Positions 1 to 11,932 of a stretch of 64,000 nt of DNA are shown here, piece after piece. This stretch comes from Squalus acanthias (Eukaryota). The notes under the pieces are model-generated. The model did not search any database and was not told where the DNA came from. It saw nothing but the letters and a program-made list of their open reading frames with translations. Made by a program: the position numbers and the translations under genes. Each line of letters opens with the position of its first letter. The first letter of the stretch is position 1. The stretch spans positions 92,630,001-92,694,000 of the forward strand of contig CM059432.1 of NCBI GenBank assembly GCA_030390025.1, read 5' to 3'.

Positions 1-15
1 GTTGTCTGAATCGGA

Positions 16-151
16 CAAGGTGGATTAAAAACTGTAAAAGACAATCGCTGTTATCGGCACTGGCCAGTCCACAAGGCTGTCACCAAATGCATCAAAGATG
101 CTGTTCTATAAATGTTCTATAGGCAGTTTCTGTGCCACTGAATACCTCTGA
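16..151 (-). mobile_element. Degenerate Gypsy (sushi/V-clade-like) gag relic, probably continuing past the left edge
   Basis: Minus strand translates SEVFSGTETAYRTFIEQHL*CIW*QP...LQFLIHL. Spacing matches the Gypsy capsid motif P-E-x-F-x-G-x4-[FY]-R-x-F-[LI]-x-Q-x7-Q-P; two stops. Confidence 0.4.
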
Positions 152-2200
152 TTGACAGTGTTGTATAATTGGGAAGATTGTCTTTGTGTTATCTTCCTAC
201 GCCCAGTTCCAACTTCAAAGCAGAGGCAGAACTGGAGCACTGTGTCAAGGTTCCTTCAGTGAATCTTTGCTTTGTCAGGCAACTAATGAACTGGAGCTAC
301 TGGAAAACTCCATGAATATCCAATTTCATGTATAAACTTCACATTAAGGTGTAATACTCCAGAGAATGACAGGAACTGGAGATATTTTTAATATTTTATT
401 ATTTTACAATAGCTTCTGTAAGCTAAGTGAGAAACACAGCAATTTCTCTATTCACTTTTGTTTTTGCCAATTTTATTTTTTAAATAGATTTGACTTGTAG
501 TAGCCTGAAACATATGGTCTATTAGAGCATTATTTGCTTGTCAGTCAGAGAAGTCCAGAGTTGTTGTTTCTGGTGTCCATGTTGGCAGGAAATGGGGTTA
601 TTGTTCAGCTGGAGCACGCTAGCACCCAGACCACTTCACATATAAGGTTAATGTTTCAGTTCATAGGAAGCATGGGCATACCTTTGGAAGGAGTTCTTCG
701 CACCGGGCAAAAAAATCTTGAAAATGCCCACATTTTTAAATCATTAACACATTCACATCAATCAGCTTTGTTGTAGTTTGAATTTTTAGGACACAATATA
801 TCTAATCACAAGAAAACCTTGCAAACAATCATTCATGGATAACAAGGTCCTTATCAAGTTGACGTAGTACTTAATTAGAGGATAGTTTACCCATAATACC
901 CTACAGATATGATGTTGTGACTTTGCAGTTCTTGATAAGTAGGACTTAGTTGATTATAATTTAAGGTGTTGGATAACTTTTATCCTCTAATAATCAATGG
1001 CAAAAACAGAGTACTAACAATGATCTAGGGTACAGTATAGCTAGCTAGCAAGCATCAGAATTACTTGTCGTTTTTGCTCAATACACCCACAGCATCGCCC
1101 AATGATCAACAGTACAACCATGCACATGTCTTTAGTAATGTAGTGGGATCGTTAGAACAACAGGCAGACAGGACTATTATTAGGAAGCCAAGAAATGCCA
1201 AACTATTTGACCTAAAAAGCACTGATGACTAAAGGTTACAAGTTAGCTTTAATGGGAAATAGAGTCAAAAACATTTCACACAACACTTTGAGATAACTTG
1301 CCTTATTTATCAAACTTGACAGTTTTAAATACCAAAACATTCCATAAGTCCTAAGATAAACAGTTGCTGACATCACTATTATAGTACAGTGCAAAACATG
1401 CACCAAACAAGATTCACACCACCTACTTCAATCCACATGCCAAGTACTGTGCGTTGTTTATTGCAACACAAAAGAATTTTGCTCTTGTAATGTAAATTAG
1501 AGATCTTTTCATATTTAATACCTGTATCACAGAGTATTAATGACAATCAATTAAAATTCAGTTTTTCTGTTTACAAAAAAGGTTATATTTGTGAGAAGCA
1601 GTTTTTATCAAGTTTAAAAGCATAGCTCCTCAGGCTTTTCTTTTATTCCCAAGCTGATTGCTTGAATCACTCATGCTCCATCATAAGGTTAGATCTAAAA
1701 GTGGATACGGTTTCAATATTTGGCAGTAAATGGAGGGAAAAAATACCTTGTTCTTTTCATAACTGTTCAGACATCATCTGTTCTCAATGAGTATACTTGT
1801 GAGTAAGAAATTATAGTTTAAAAGTCTCAAATACATAGCGGTAATATTAAAAACAGAATTTGCATTTCTGTTGGTACTCTGAGAAATGTCACTGCACTTG
1901 GATACGCTGAAACAAACACTGTTAAATGATACTAATGATTCAGCAATAAATTTCTAAACATTTTCCTCATACAGAATTATAAATTCTCTGTTTTGAATTT
2001 CTGATTTATCCCTGAGATTTCATTTTGTTTCATCGACAGGTACGGTATTCATTATTTACTTTGAGAAATAACTTCAGGAAATTGAGATCACAGGGAATTC
2101 AAGGGGATCTCTATTTAAAACCAACCCAAATCAATGCGAAGAACGGCTTGTCTCTCTCAACTTGGGTTTCATGACAAGGTATCTGCAGTCTCAATACAGT

Positions 2201-4850
2201 TATAGAATCATAGAATGGTTACAGCATGGAAGAAAGCAATTCAGCCAGTTGAGCCCATGCCAGCTCTCTGCAAGAGCACCTCAGCTAGTCCCACTCCCTC
2301 GCCCTTTCCCCGTAACCCTGCAAATTTTTTTCCTTCAGGTACTTATCCAACTCCCTTTTGAAAGCCATGATTGAGACTGCCTCCACCACCCTTTCAGGCA
2401 GTGCATTCCAGATCCTAACCACTCACTGAGTAAAAAAGTTTTTCCTCATGTCGCCTTTGGTTCTTCTGCCAATCACCTTAAACCTGTGTTCTCTGGTTCT
2501 TGACCCTTCTGCCAATGAGAACAGTTTCTCTCTATCTACTCTGTCTGGACCCCTCATGATTTTGAACACCTCTATCAAATCTCCTTTCAATCTACATCAA
2601 TACAAAAGCAAAATACTGGAAATCTGAAATATAAACAGAAAATGCTGGAAATACTCAGCAGGTCAGGCAGCATCTGTAGAGAGAGAAACTGAGTTAACGT
2701 TTCAGGTTGATGACCCTTCGTCAGAACTGGAAAAAGTTGGCGATGTAAAAGGTTTTTAAGCAAGTGTAGGGGCAGGGAGAGGGGGGAGGAGAGGAAAGAA
2801 CAAAAGGGACGGTCTGTGATAGGATGGAACGCAGGAGAGATTAAGCGACAAAAGGGATGATGGTGCAAGGCAAAAGGAGATGGTAATGGGACAAGTTAAG
2901 AAACAAAAGATAAGTCTAGATGAAGTGTAAATGGCAATGGCAGAGTCATCAACAGCTGCCATGTGAAAAAAAAATAGGGGCAGAGGAACAACCCCAGCTT
3001 CTCCAGTCTTTCCACATAACTGAAGTCCCTCATCCCTGGAATCATTCTCGTAAATCTTTTCTGCACCCTCTATAAGGCCTTCACATCCTTCCTAAAGTGC
3101 GGTGTCCAGAATTGGACACAGTACTCCAGTTGAGGCCGAACCAGTGTTTTATACAGGTTCATCATAATTTCCACGCTTTTGTACTCTATACCTCTATTTA
3201 TGAAGCCCAGGATCCCGTATGCTTTTTTAACCACTTTCTCAACCTGCCCTGCCAACTTCAATGTTTTGTGCACATATACCCCCAGGTCTCTCTCTTCATG
3301 CACCCCCTTTAGGGTTGTACCCTTTAGTTTATATTTCCTCTCTTTATTCTTTCTACCAAAACTTCACACTTTTCTGTGCTAAATTTCATTTGCCATGTGT
3401 CTGCCCATTCCACCAGCCTGTCTATGTCTTCCTGAAGTCTATCACTATCCTCCTCACTGTTCACTAGACTTCCAAGTTTTGTGTCATCTGCAAATTTTGA
3501 AATTGTGCCCTGTACACCCATGTCCAAGTCATTAATATATATCAAGAAAAGCAGTGGTCCTAGAACCAACCCCTGGGGAACGCCACTGTATACCTTCCTC
3601 CAGTCCGAAAAACAACTGTTCACCACTACTCTCTGTTTCCTGTCACCTAGCCAATTTCGTATCCATGCTGCCACTGTCCCTTTTATTCCATGGGCTTCAA
3701 CTTTGCTGGCAAGCCTATTATGTGGCACTTTGTCGAACGCCTTTTGGAAATCCATGTACACCACTTCAACCGCATTGCCCTCATCAACCCTCTGTTACCT
3801 CATCAAAAAACTCGATCAAGTTGGTTAAATACGATTTGCCTTTAACAAATCCGTGTTGGCTTTCCTTAATTAATCCACACTTGTCCAAGTGACTGTTAAC
3901 TTTGTCCCTGATTATTGTTTCTAAAAGCTTCCCCACTACCGAGGTTAAACTGACTGGCCTGTAGTTGCTGGGTTTATCTTTACACCCTTTTTTGAACAAG
4001 GGTGTAACATTTGCAATTCTCCAGTCCTCTGGCACCACCCCTGTTTCTAAGGAGGATTGGAAGATTATGGCCAGTACCTCCGCGATTTCTTCCTTCACTT
4101 CCCTCAGCGTCCTAGGATGCATCCTATCTGGTCCTGGTGACTTATCTACTTTAAGTACAACCAGCCTTTCTAATACCTCCTCTTTATCAATTTTTATGCC
4201 ATCCAGTATCTCCTCTACCTCATCCTTCACTATGTCTATGGCAGCATCTTCTTCCTTGGTGAAGACAGATGCAAAGTACTCATTTAGCACCTGAGCCATA
4301 CCCTCTGCCTCTATGCGTAGGTCTCCTTTTTGGTCCCTAATCGGCCCCACCCCTCCTCTTACTACCCGTTTACTATTTATATGCCTATAGAAGATTTTTG
4401 GATTTCCTTTTACATTAGCTGCCATTCTATTCTCATACCCTCTCTTTGGCCCTCTTATTTTCCTTTTCACTTCCCCTCTGAACTTTCTCTATTTAGCCTG
4501 ATTCTCAGATGTATTCTCGACTTGACATCAATCATATGCGCTCTTTTTCTGCTTCATCTTACTCTCTATCTCTTTCGTCATCCAGGGAGCTCTGACTTTA
4601 GTTGCCGTACCTTTCCCCCTAGTGAGAATGTACCTCGACTGTACCCAAACTATTTCCTCTTTAAAGGCAGCCCATTGTTCCATTACAGTTTTGCCTGCCA
4701 ATCCTTGATTCCAATTTATCCGGGCCAGATCCATTCTCAACCCACTGAAATTGGCCTTCCTCCAATTAAGTATTTTTACTCTAGATTGCTCCCTGTCCTT
4801 TTCCATAACTAATCTAAACCTTATGATACTATGATCACTGTTCCCTAAAG
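2201..4850 (-). mobile_element. CR1 LINE, 5'-truncated, frameshifted ORF2, interrupted at ~2600-2985
   Basis: ORFs 3784-4470 (KSPGPD, WRIANVTPLFKKG, NYRPVSLTS, QHGF), 3324-3764 (DFQKAFDKV, GVPQG, FADD), 3070-3303 (RPQLEYCVQFW); (TTCTATGA)-type 3' end near 2201. Confidence 0.93.
2604..2975 (-). mobile_element. Penelope-like element 3' fragment nested in CR1, with a hammerhead-like core at 2692-2728
   Basis: Same family as 42522-42713 (ATGCTGGAAATACTCAGCAGGTCAGGCAGCATCTGT). Minus strand reads AGTT-CTGACGA-AGGGTCATCAACCT-GAAA-CGTT-AACT. Confidence 0.65.
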
Positions 4851-5171
4851 TTCCGAGCAGTTACTGATCCACCACACAAACTATCAGAATTCAGTAGAAT
4901 TCAGTACGCAATGACACTAAGCTGGTTATCTCACTTAGAAAGGCCCATTGAAGGAGCAATCAGCCCACCGGGAGAAGAACTTAAATTCAGCACAGGCAAT
5001 AATCTGCTAATATTTCTCTGCTCCTATCCGTCATCTGATCTGTACTAAACCCGAATGTTGATATGTTAATACACTGTGCCAAAGTAGAGTGGACATTCCC
5101 TTGACCAGAACTGGCATCCCTCACATTGATGAGCATTAAAAACATCAACATTATATAAATATATAAATTTA

Positions 5172-5606
5172 AAAAGAAAAGGCTTGCATTTATATAGCGC
5201 ATTTCACGACCTAAGGATGTCCCAAAGCACTTTACAGCCAATTAAGTACTTTTAAGTGTAGTCACTGTTGTAATGCAGGAAACGCGGCAGCCAATGTATG
5301 CACAGCAAGATCCCACAAAGAGCAATGTGATAATGACCAGATAATCTGTTTTAATGATGTTGGCTGCGGGATAAATATTGGCTGGGACATCGGGGAGAAT
5401 TCCCCAGCTATTCTTCGAATAGTACCATGGGATCCATCTGTGAGGGCAGACATTTCAACCAAAAGACGGCGCCTCCAACAGTGCAGCACACCATTAATAC
5501 TGCACTGGACTATCAGCCTAGATTATGGGCTCAAATCTCTGGATTGGGACAAATCCACAACCTTCTGACTCAGGTGAGTGCGCTACCACTGAGCCATGGC
5601 CAACAC
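5172..5606 (-). mobile_element. tRNA-head SINE (Deu-domain/SacSINE1-like) with L2-type tail
   Basis: Reverse-complement copy of the 48599-49100 SINE; tail GCGCTATATAAATGCAAG; head TGGCTCAGTGG. Confidence 0.8.
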
Positions 5607-5859
5607 TAAGTTTAAAGATAACTTACTAGAATAGCCTACATTACTAGTTTTATAAAATACAACACATAACTAACCAAAATGATCAGAACTTAATACTTAA
5701 AAATTATGCTGCATGCATAACTCCGGCAATAAACAGCTCTAAATTTAGAAATCCCAACTTTGACCAGAATTCAAACCCATCTGTTTGCACAAAATAAACT
5801 GCACTAGTTTTGGCTTGGAATGGTAGAGAATGCACTGTGCAAACAGAATAGAATATAAT

Positions 5860-6026
5860 GGGGTAGACTTTTGACTTCACCACCTGGGCAGTAACCTGGC
5901 AGAGTGGATCATCTAGCCTTTATAGAACTCACACGATTCCCATTCCAACAATTTCAATGGAATGAGAATTGGGCGGGTACTATATAGGGCAGATTGCCAC
6001 TCGTGGTGAAGATGAAAATCTACCCC
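5860..6026. mobile_element. PIF/Harbinger-type MITE
   Basis: TIRs GGGGTAGACTTTTGACTTCACCAC / GTGGTGAAGATGAAAATCTACCCC; 3-bp TSD AAT at 5857-5859 and 6027-6029. Confidence 0.8.
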
Positions 6027-6398
6027 AATGTCTCTACAGTAAGGAGCACAGGATGCAGCCTGAATCAATCCTGAGTACAGAGGTACACTACTTGTAACCA
6101 AGCTCACATTGTTTGGTTAAAGAAAGAAATGCCCTTGTGAGGACAACCAGAATGGGGGGAAAAATGGAATTGAAAAAACTCTGTCTCTTTGATATTAAAA
6201 TACAAGATATGGAATCAAGGTGTATTTGCTAATCCTAAAATAGCGGGCACAAGAATCAGAATAGTTTGTGAACATGTTCTGTCCAATGTTGCAATGTCTA
6301 CATATACTAATAAAATGTGTTTATATGAATTATTGTATAGCAATTAAAAAATAACAAGTTTTTCTTTCACATAACACAGCAAAAGACCGAGACATTCT

Positions 6399-7140
6399 GG
6401 CCCAGAAATTGATCTCGCTCTGTTCCCGCGGGGGTAAGCCTTCCCCGCGATGTCTCACCTCGCTTGTGCTTTTTCAGATCCAGCTCGCACAAACTTGATG
6501 TTCTGGACAGCTGCTGTGCTGGGCTTGCGTATCCCACCGGCGTAGTGAATTCGTGCGAGCTGTGGGATCACGTGACTCAGTTAGAGCCAATGGCAGCACA
6601 CCATCTTCCATTCATAAGTTTCACAGACCTGCTGTGAAATCTATGAATCTTACACCCCCCCAAAATAACAGCTAAACCTCAATTAAATAAAAAAAAAACC
6701 ATCACATTAATAAAATAAGTATAGTTAATTAAATTAACCATTTTAAATAAAAAATTAAATTTTTGAAAAAATTTAAAATCTTTTAAAAAGTTATAAAAAT
6801 AAACTTACCTGTCTTTAAAGTCTCTAAAAAAGATATACCTGTTAAAAAAAATTCAAAAACATACTTAATTCACTACTTACCTTCTTAAAAGTGGGTCTTA
6901 CTCCTCCTTTTTACATTTCCAAAATCTTCAGTACTTACCTGCGCGTCCAAAGCATGAAGTGCACAGCGTGCGCGCAGCCTGTAGCGCGCACGCGATGCAC
7001 CGAGGACCCGCCCCCTTTTCAGAAGAGCAATTGCTGGTTTTCAGCGCATGCGCAGGGCATGCAGAAAACCGGCAATTGGAGTGGGAATACGCGAGAGTAC
7101 GCAGTGCGTACTCTCGCGTCCCGGGATCAATTTTCGGCCC
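6399..7140. mobile_element. Non-autonomous DNA transposon (Harbinger-like) with hairpin-rich ends
   Basis: Imperfect TIRs GGCCCAGAAATTGATC / GATCAATTTTCGGCCC; CpG-rich palindromic subtermini and an AT-rich core; no matching TSD. Confidence 0.65.
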
Positions 7141-7414
7141 AATATGTTTCTCTCATTTTACTTTAGAATACACATCACAGGGCAATGAAGAAATCATTGC
7201 TCTAAAGTGTTATGCTACATACTAATAGCATGCGTGTTTGTGGCAATGATTCCCCACAATGATCTCCTCCCAATCTTGGTTGTGTCGCCAGTGAAAGACA
7301 TCAGAGGCCAAGAACATTTCTGGTTTTGGGGAGCGGGAAAAATGTCATAAAGCCTCTAGTAAAACAGCAAAAGGATATTGTAGAAAAACAACCTTGATTC
7401 ATAAGCAAAATGGC

Positions 7415-8275
7415 CAGCCTTTTCAAGAAGGCCCAATACCACTTTCTCAGGACAACTAGGGATGGGCAATAAATGCGACATTGCCAGTGTTTCAAGAATT
7501 TTTTTTAAAAATGCTCATTTGGCATGGAACCCAGAAGGTGGTCTGAAGGTTGCCCATGTATTAGTAATCAGCGACTGGTTCCAGTTGAAAGAAAATGAGA
7601 TTTTAATATGCTAACGTTGGTTGATTGCAGAGATATCTAACTGCACCTGTACTATAGTATCCTTGATGGCCAGATGGGCACAGTACAATCGTCAGTCATC
7701 AGTCCCATTCCTGACTTCATGATGGAGGGAAGGTCATCAATGAAGCAGCTAAATATGGTTGGGCCGAGAATATTTCCTACAGCGCAGTCCTGACACTGCG
7801 ATGACTGGCTTCCAACAACAGCAACTATCTTCTTTTGTGTCAGGTATGACTCAGCCACTGGAGGATTTTGCCCGTAACTCCCATTGACTTCAGTTTTGCT
7901 AGGGCTTCTTGGTGTCATTCTTGGTTGAATGCTGTCTTAATGTTCTCTCCTCTGATGCTCAGCTCTTGCATCCATGTCTGGATCAAGGCAGTGACAAGGT
8001 CTGGAGCAGTGTGGTTCTAGAGGAACCCAAACTGAGCATTAGCAAGCAGATTATTGGTGTTACTTGATGGCACTGTTGATAACTCCTTCCATCACTTTCT
8101 TGATGCGTAGAAGCAGGGTAATAGGGCAGTAATTGGCCGGGTTAGATTTATCCTACTTTTTGTAAACAGGGCATAGCTGGGCAATTCTGCACACTGTCGA
8201 TGGCATCGCTGCACTGCAATAGTTTGGCTCGAGAGGCAGGTAGTTCTACTGTGCAGGTCTACAGTATTATAGCTA
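7415..8275. mobile_element. Old fragments of the LINE family seen at 54645-57350 (tail on +, RT pieces on -)
   Basis: 7415-7500 matches the 3' tail (TAGGGATGGGCAATAAATG); ORF 7652-7918 has ILGPTIFSCFIDDLPS; 8130-8190 matches SNPANY. Confidence 0.6.
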
Positions 8276-9298
8276 TACTTACTGTAAATGCACTGTTTCA
8301 CACTAAATTTTGTTTATCTGCCTGTCATATGTTTAATAGCTTAATTCTCAGAGAGTGTATATTAAATCCACCTTCCGAAGATGAAGGGAATCACGAGGTG
8401 GCCTAAAATACATTTCAGTTAGTTGGTGTACTATGGCAAGGTTTCTCTGTTCAATCCCTAAACTTGCTATTGTTTACCTAGATAGTGGGCATTTTAAAGC
8501 ATTCTATGGATTATAGGGAAGACTATTTCCACTTACAGGAGTGATTAGTAATGCAGAACCTGAGCTGAATATTTAGGAGGGATAACAAGTTTTCTAAAGT
8601 GGTAATTAAATAAATAGTATTACATATGGGTTTGTGAGGTCCTGTATCTTTAGTTAACAGCAAGGTAGGTAATAATTTTACTTTGTTATTTATGTAATAT
8701 ATCACTTCAGTAATTTTGAAGTAATGGTGAACTGCTTCAGCAGCATTGGAACTGCGGTAAATATCAAAATCCACAATGGCACCAGTCAGCATTACATTTA
8801 ACACTGTTTGCTACTAACGGCATTGCTTCTAATCTGGGCATTTCATCTAAGTTCAGCCCTCACCCACTTAATGTCTGAAAACACTCATAACAGTTTCCGA
8901 AAGTGTCCTTAGAGGGTTTCCAGGACTCCAATGGCTGGACATTCTGTTTAAAATAAATGATGCAAATTTCAACTTTATTAGATTGCAAAGCACATTGTTG
9001 CGAAAGATAAGTGAACTTATGTCTGAACTGAACAGTTATAAAATTATATGGTCTAGGAGTCGGCAACTTTACAAGGAAATAAACGACTCTCACTTGCTAA
9101 ATAAATGAGGCCACAGGCGGAGCTATTTATGACCCATATGGAGCCTTTTTTGCCAAGTAAACTCAGCAATTCTGATAAACATACAATCAAATTATACTAT
9201 ATGTAGCTTTAACAATTTAAAAATATTGTAAAGTTTTGTAGCTTCTTAAAAGCAATTAGGTGAGACATTTTCTGCACAAGAAAATGGATCACAATTAT

Positions 9299-10076
9299 CA
9301 TCTCCCTAACATCTGTCTGAGGCTGAACCACACTGTTCGCAACCTGGGTGTCATATTTGACCCTGAAATGAGCTTCCGACCACATATCCGTAGCATAACT
9401 AAGACCGCCTATTTCATCTTCCGCAACATCGCCCGTCTCCGCCCTTGCCTCAGCTCATCCGCTGCTGAAACCCTCATCCATGCCTTTGTTTTCGAGACCT
9501 GACTATTCCAACGCATTCCAGGCTGGCCTCCCACATTCTACCCTACGTAAACTTGAGGTCATCCAAAACTGCTCGTGTCCTAACTCGCACCAAGTCCCGT
9601 TCACCCATCACCCCTGTGCTCGCTGACCTACATTGGCTCCAGGTTAAGCAGCGCCTTGATTTCAAAATTCTAATCCTTGTTTTCAAATCCCTCCATGGCC
9701 TCGCCCCTTCCTATCTCTGCAATCTCCTTCAGCCCAACAACACCCTCCCCCACCCCCCGCAATATCTACGCTCTTCTAATTCTGCCCTCTTGAGCATCCC
9801 TGATTATAATCGCTCAACCATTGGTGGCCATGCCTTCTGTTGCCGAGGCCCTAAGCTCCGGAATTCTCTGCGTAAACCTCTCCGCCTCGCTACCTCTCTT
9901 TCCTCCTTTAAGACGCTCCTTAAAACCTACCTCTTTGACCAAGCTTTTGGTCATCTGCCCTAATTTCTCCTTATGTGGCTCAGTGTCAATATATTTTGTC
10001 TTTTAATACTCCTGTGAAGCGCCTTGGGATGTTTTACTACGTTAAAGGCGCTATATAAATACAAGTTGTTGTTGTT
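9299..10076 (+). mobile_element. L2 LINE 3' fragment
   Basis: VRNLGVIFD, AETLIHAFV, PITPVLADLHWL, FKTLLKTYLF; ends AAAGGCGCTATATAAATACAAG(TTG)n. Confidence 0.9.
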
Positions 10077-10623
10077 TTAAATATGCAATTTATTCACTCC
10101 CAGATGTAAAGAAAATTAACGTATTAACACACTAAACAGTAAATATAAAGTAGTGGTGAAAAAGATGATGCAAAATCCTTTTCTACTCTAAGTATCTTAT
10201 GAGCTGTGTACATACTATCTATTGATGTATTAAAAATCTTGAGCATAGCTTGGACTTCCTGTAAGTGTAACACTTGCTTCTTACAATGCTTTTTCCAGCA
10301 TGCTCAAAACCTATTTGTTATACTCACTCCAATTAAGTGCTCCCAGTTCCCGATTTGCATCTTCAACATAGGTGACACTATTCTCCACAGCGCAACTGCC
10401 CGAAGCCTGTGTGACGCTCGCTCCTTCCCGTCTCCTCTCTGCATTTCCAACTGCTGGTGGCCTTTAATCCCTCAACTCTCAGTGCTGCCTCCTATCACCT
10501 GTTACAGCTACCCCACCCGTGGTCTTTCGCCCCTCTCATCACTCTCTCGTGCTGTCCACTTTCTCCGCGCACTCCCCCCACCACCACCTTCGCTGCCCTT
10601 CCCAATCCTATAAATGCCCTATT

Positions 10624-10686
10624 GCTACATTCTTGACCATGACCTCAGAATCGGCTACATTCTTGACCATGACCCCAGAATCGGCT
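10624..10686. repeat. 30-bp tandem duplication
   Basis: GCTACATTCTTGACCATGACC(T/C)CAGAATCG x2 plus GCT. Confidence 0.9.
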
Positions 10687-10689
10687 TTA

Positions 10690-10930
10690 GGTTTTAAGGA
10701 GCGTCTTAAAGGAGGAAAGAGAGGTAGAGAGGTGGAGAGTTTTAGGGATATAATTCCAGAGCTTAGGCAGCTGAAGGCACAGCCGTCAATGGTGGAGCAA
10801 TTAAAATCGGGGATGAGCAAGAGGTCAGAATTGGAGGAGTGCAGATATCTCAGAGGGTTGTAGGAGGTTACAGAGATAGGGAAGGGCGAGGCTGTGGAGG
10901 GATTTGAAACCAAGGATGAGAATTTTATAA
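10690..10930 (-). mobile_element. L2 LINE fragment
   Basis: Reverse complement of the 3' part of the 9299-10076 L2 (AAGGAGCGTCTTAAAGGAGG). Confidence 0.8.
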
Positions 10931-11159
10931 CCAAGATTGTATGTGGATTACATAGAGTATGTAGATTATGAGTGAACAGAGAGAATTTAAGCTTTCTACC
11001 CTGCTGGTCAAACATTCAAAGAAGCAGCCCTCCTCTAAGTTTCCCACAGAGAATTCTGTATGAGAACTAGAAATACCGTAACCATTAGACACAATGGCAG
11101 TGGAACATCCAAATCCCTCGACAGTTTCCACATAAAAATATTGATGCAATTGATATATT

Positions 11160-11932
11160 GGCCCGGATCTTGCTGGGAAATAACTGTCTGTTAACGACGC
11201 ATTCCATTATTAATGGTCAAATCGGCCAGCAATTTCAGGGGATTAAGAGATACGCTGCGAGTTGGTCGCTTTACGCCGCTCCGCACGTTTGCCTCGCACA
11301 AAAGGCATCTCGCCCTTAGCATGCCCGTTTCTTTAAAGAACCTGCTGGATTTGCACATTAATTGCCTGTTAAACTTGCTGCAGAAAGTTAAGTCTGATAA
11401 TTAAGAGTACAAGGACCCTTTTAATAACGTGATGATTGTTAATGCAATACCAACAAACATCTGTGGCTCAGAATGGGAACAATTTAAAGTGTTCAATCTC
11501 ATTCCTGCATGTAGTCAATTGTTAGAGATTTTAAAAATATCAAATTAAAAAAAAATTCTTACTTTTCCTTTCCGCCTCTTTTTATCTTTCTAAATCCAAT
11601 CTTTCTTTCCCTCTTTTTCTTTACTTGATTTGACTCTAATTCACCCTCCTCCTTCATTTTTGTTTCTTTCCCGATCCTTAAATCTCATTGGTTAAGGAGG
11701 TACACTATTGGCCCCGTCGTTCACTGAGATCCCTGATGCCCCGTTGTCCATTATCAGCTCGCACTACCAGCAAGTTACAGTGCAAAAATTTATGGCACGG
11801 AAGGGTGCAGAAAAAATTCTTCCTCATGGCACGCACCACGAGATGCCCCACTCCAGCAAGATCCAGCTCATTATGTCCTCTCCCCAAAATTTTAATAGCC
11901 GATTGTTTTGAAACTGAATGTGATTTTGGGCC
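11160..11932. mobile_element. Non-autonomous DNA transposon (Harbinger-like)
   Basis: Ends GGCCCGGATC / GATTTTGGGCC; same architecture as 6399-7140 and 30437-31183. Confidence 0.5.

Noticed and set aside
10624..10686. CRISPR-like direct repeats (also 48675-48741 and 51395-51453)
   Set aside because: Two adjacent copies without spacers in eukaryotic DNA; simple tandem duplications.
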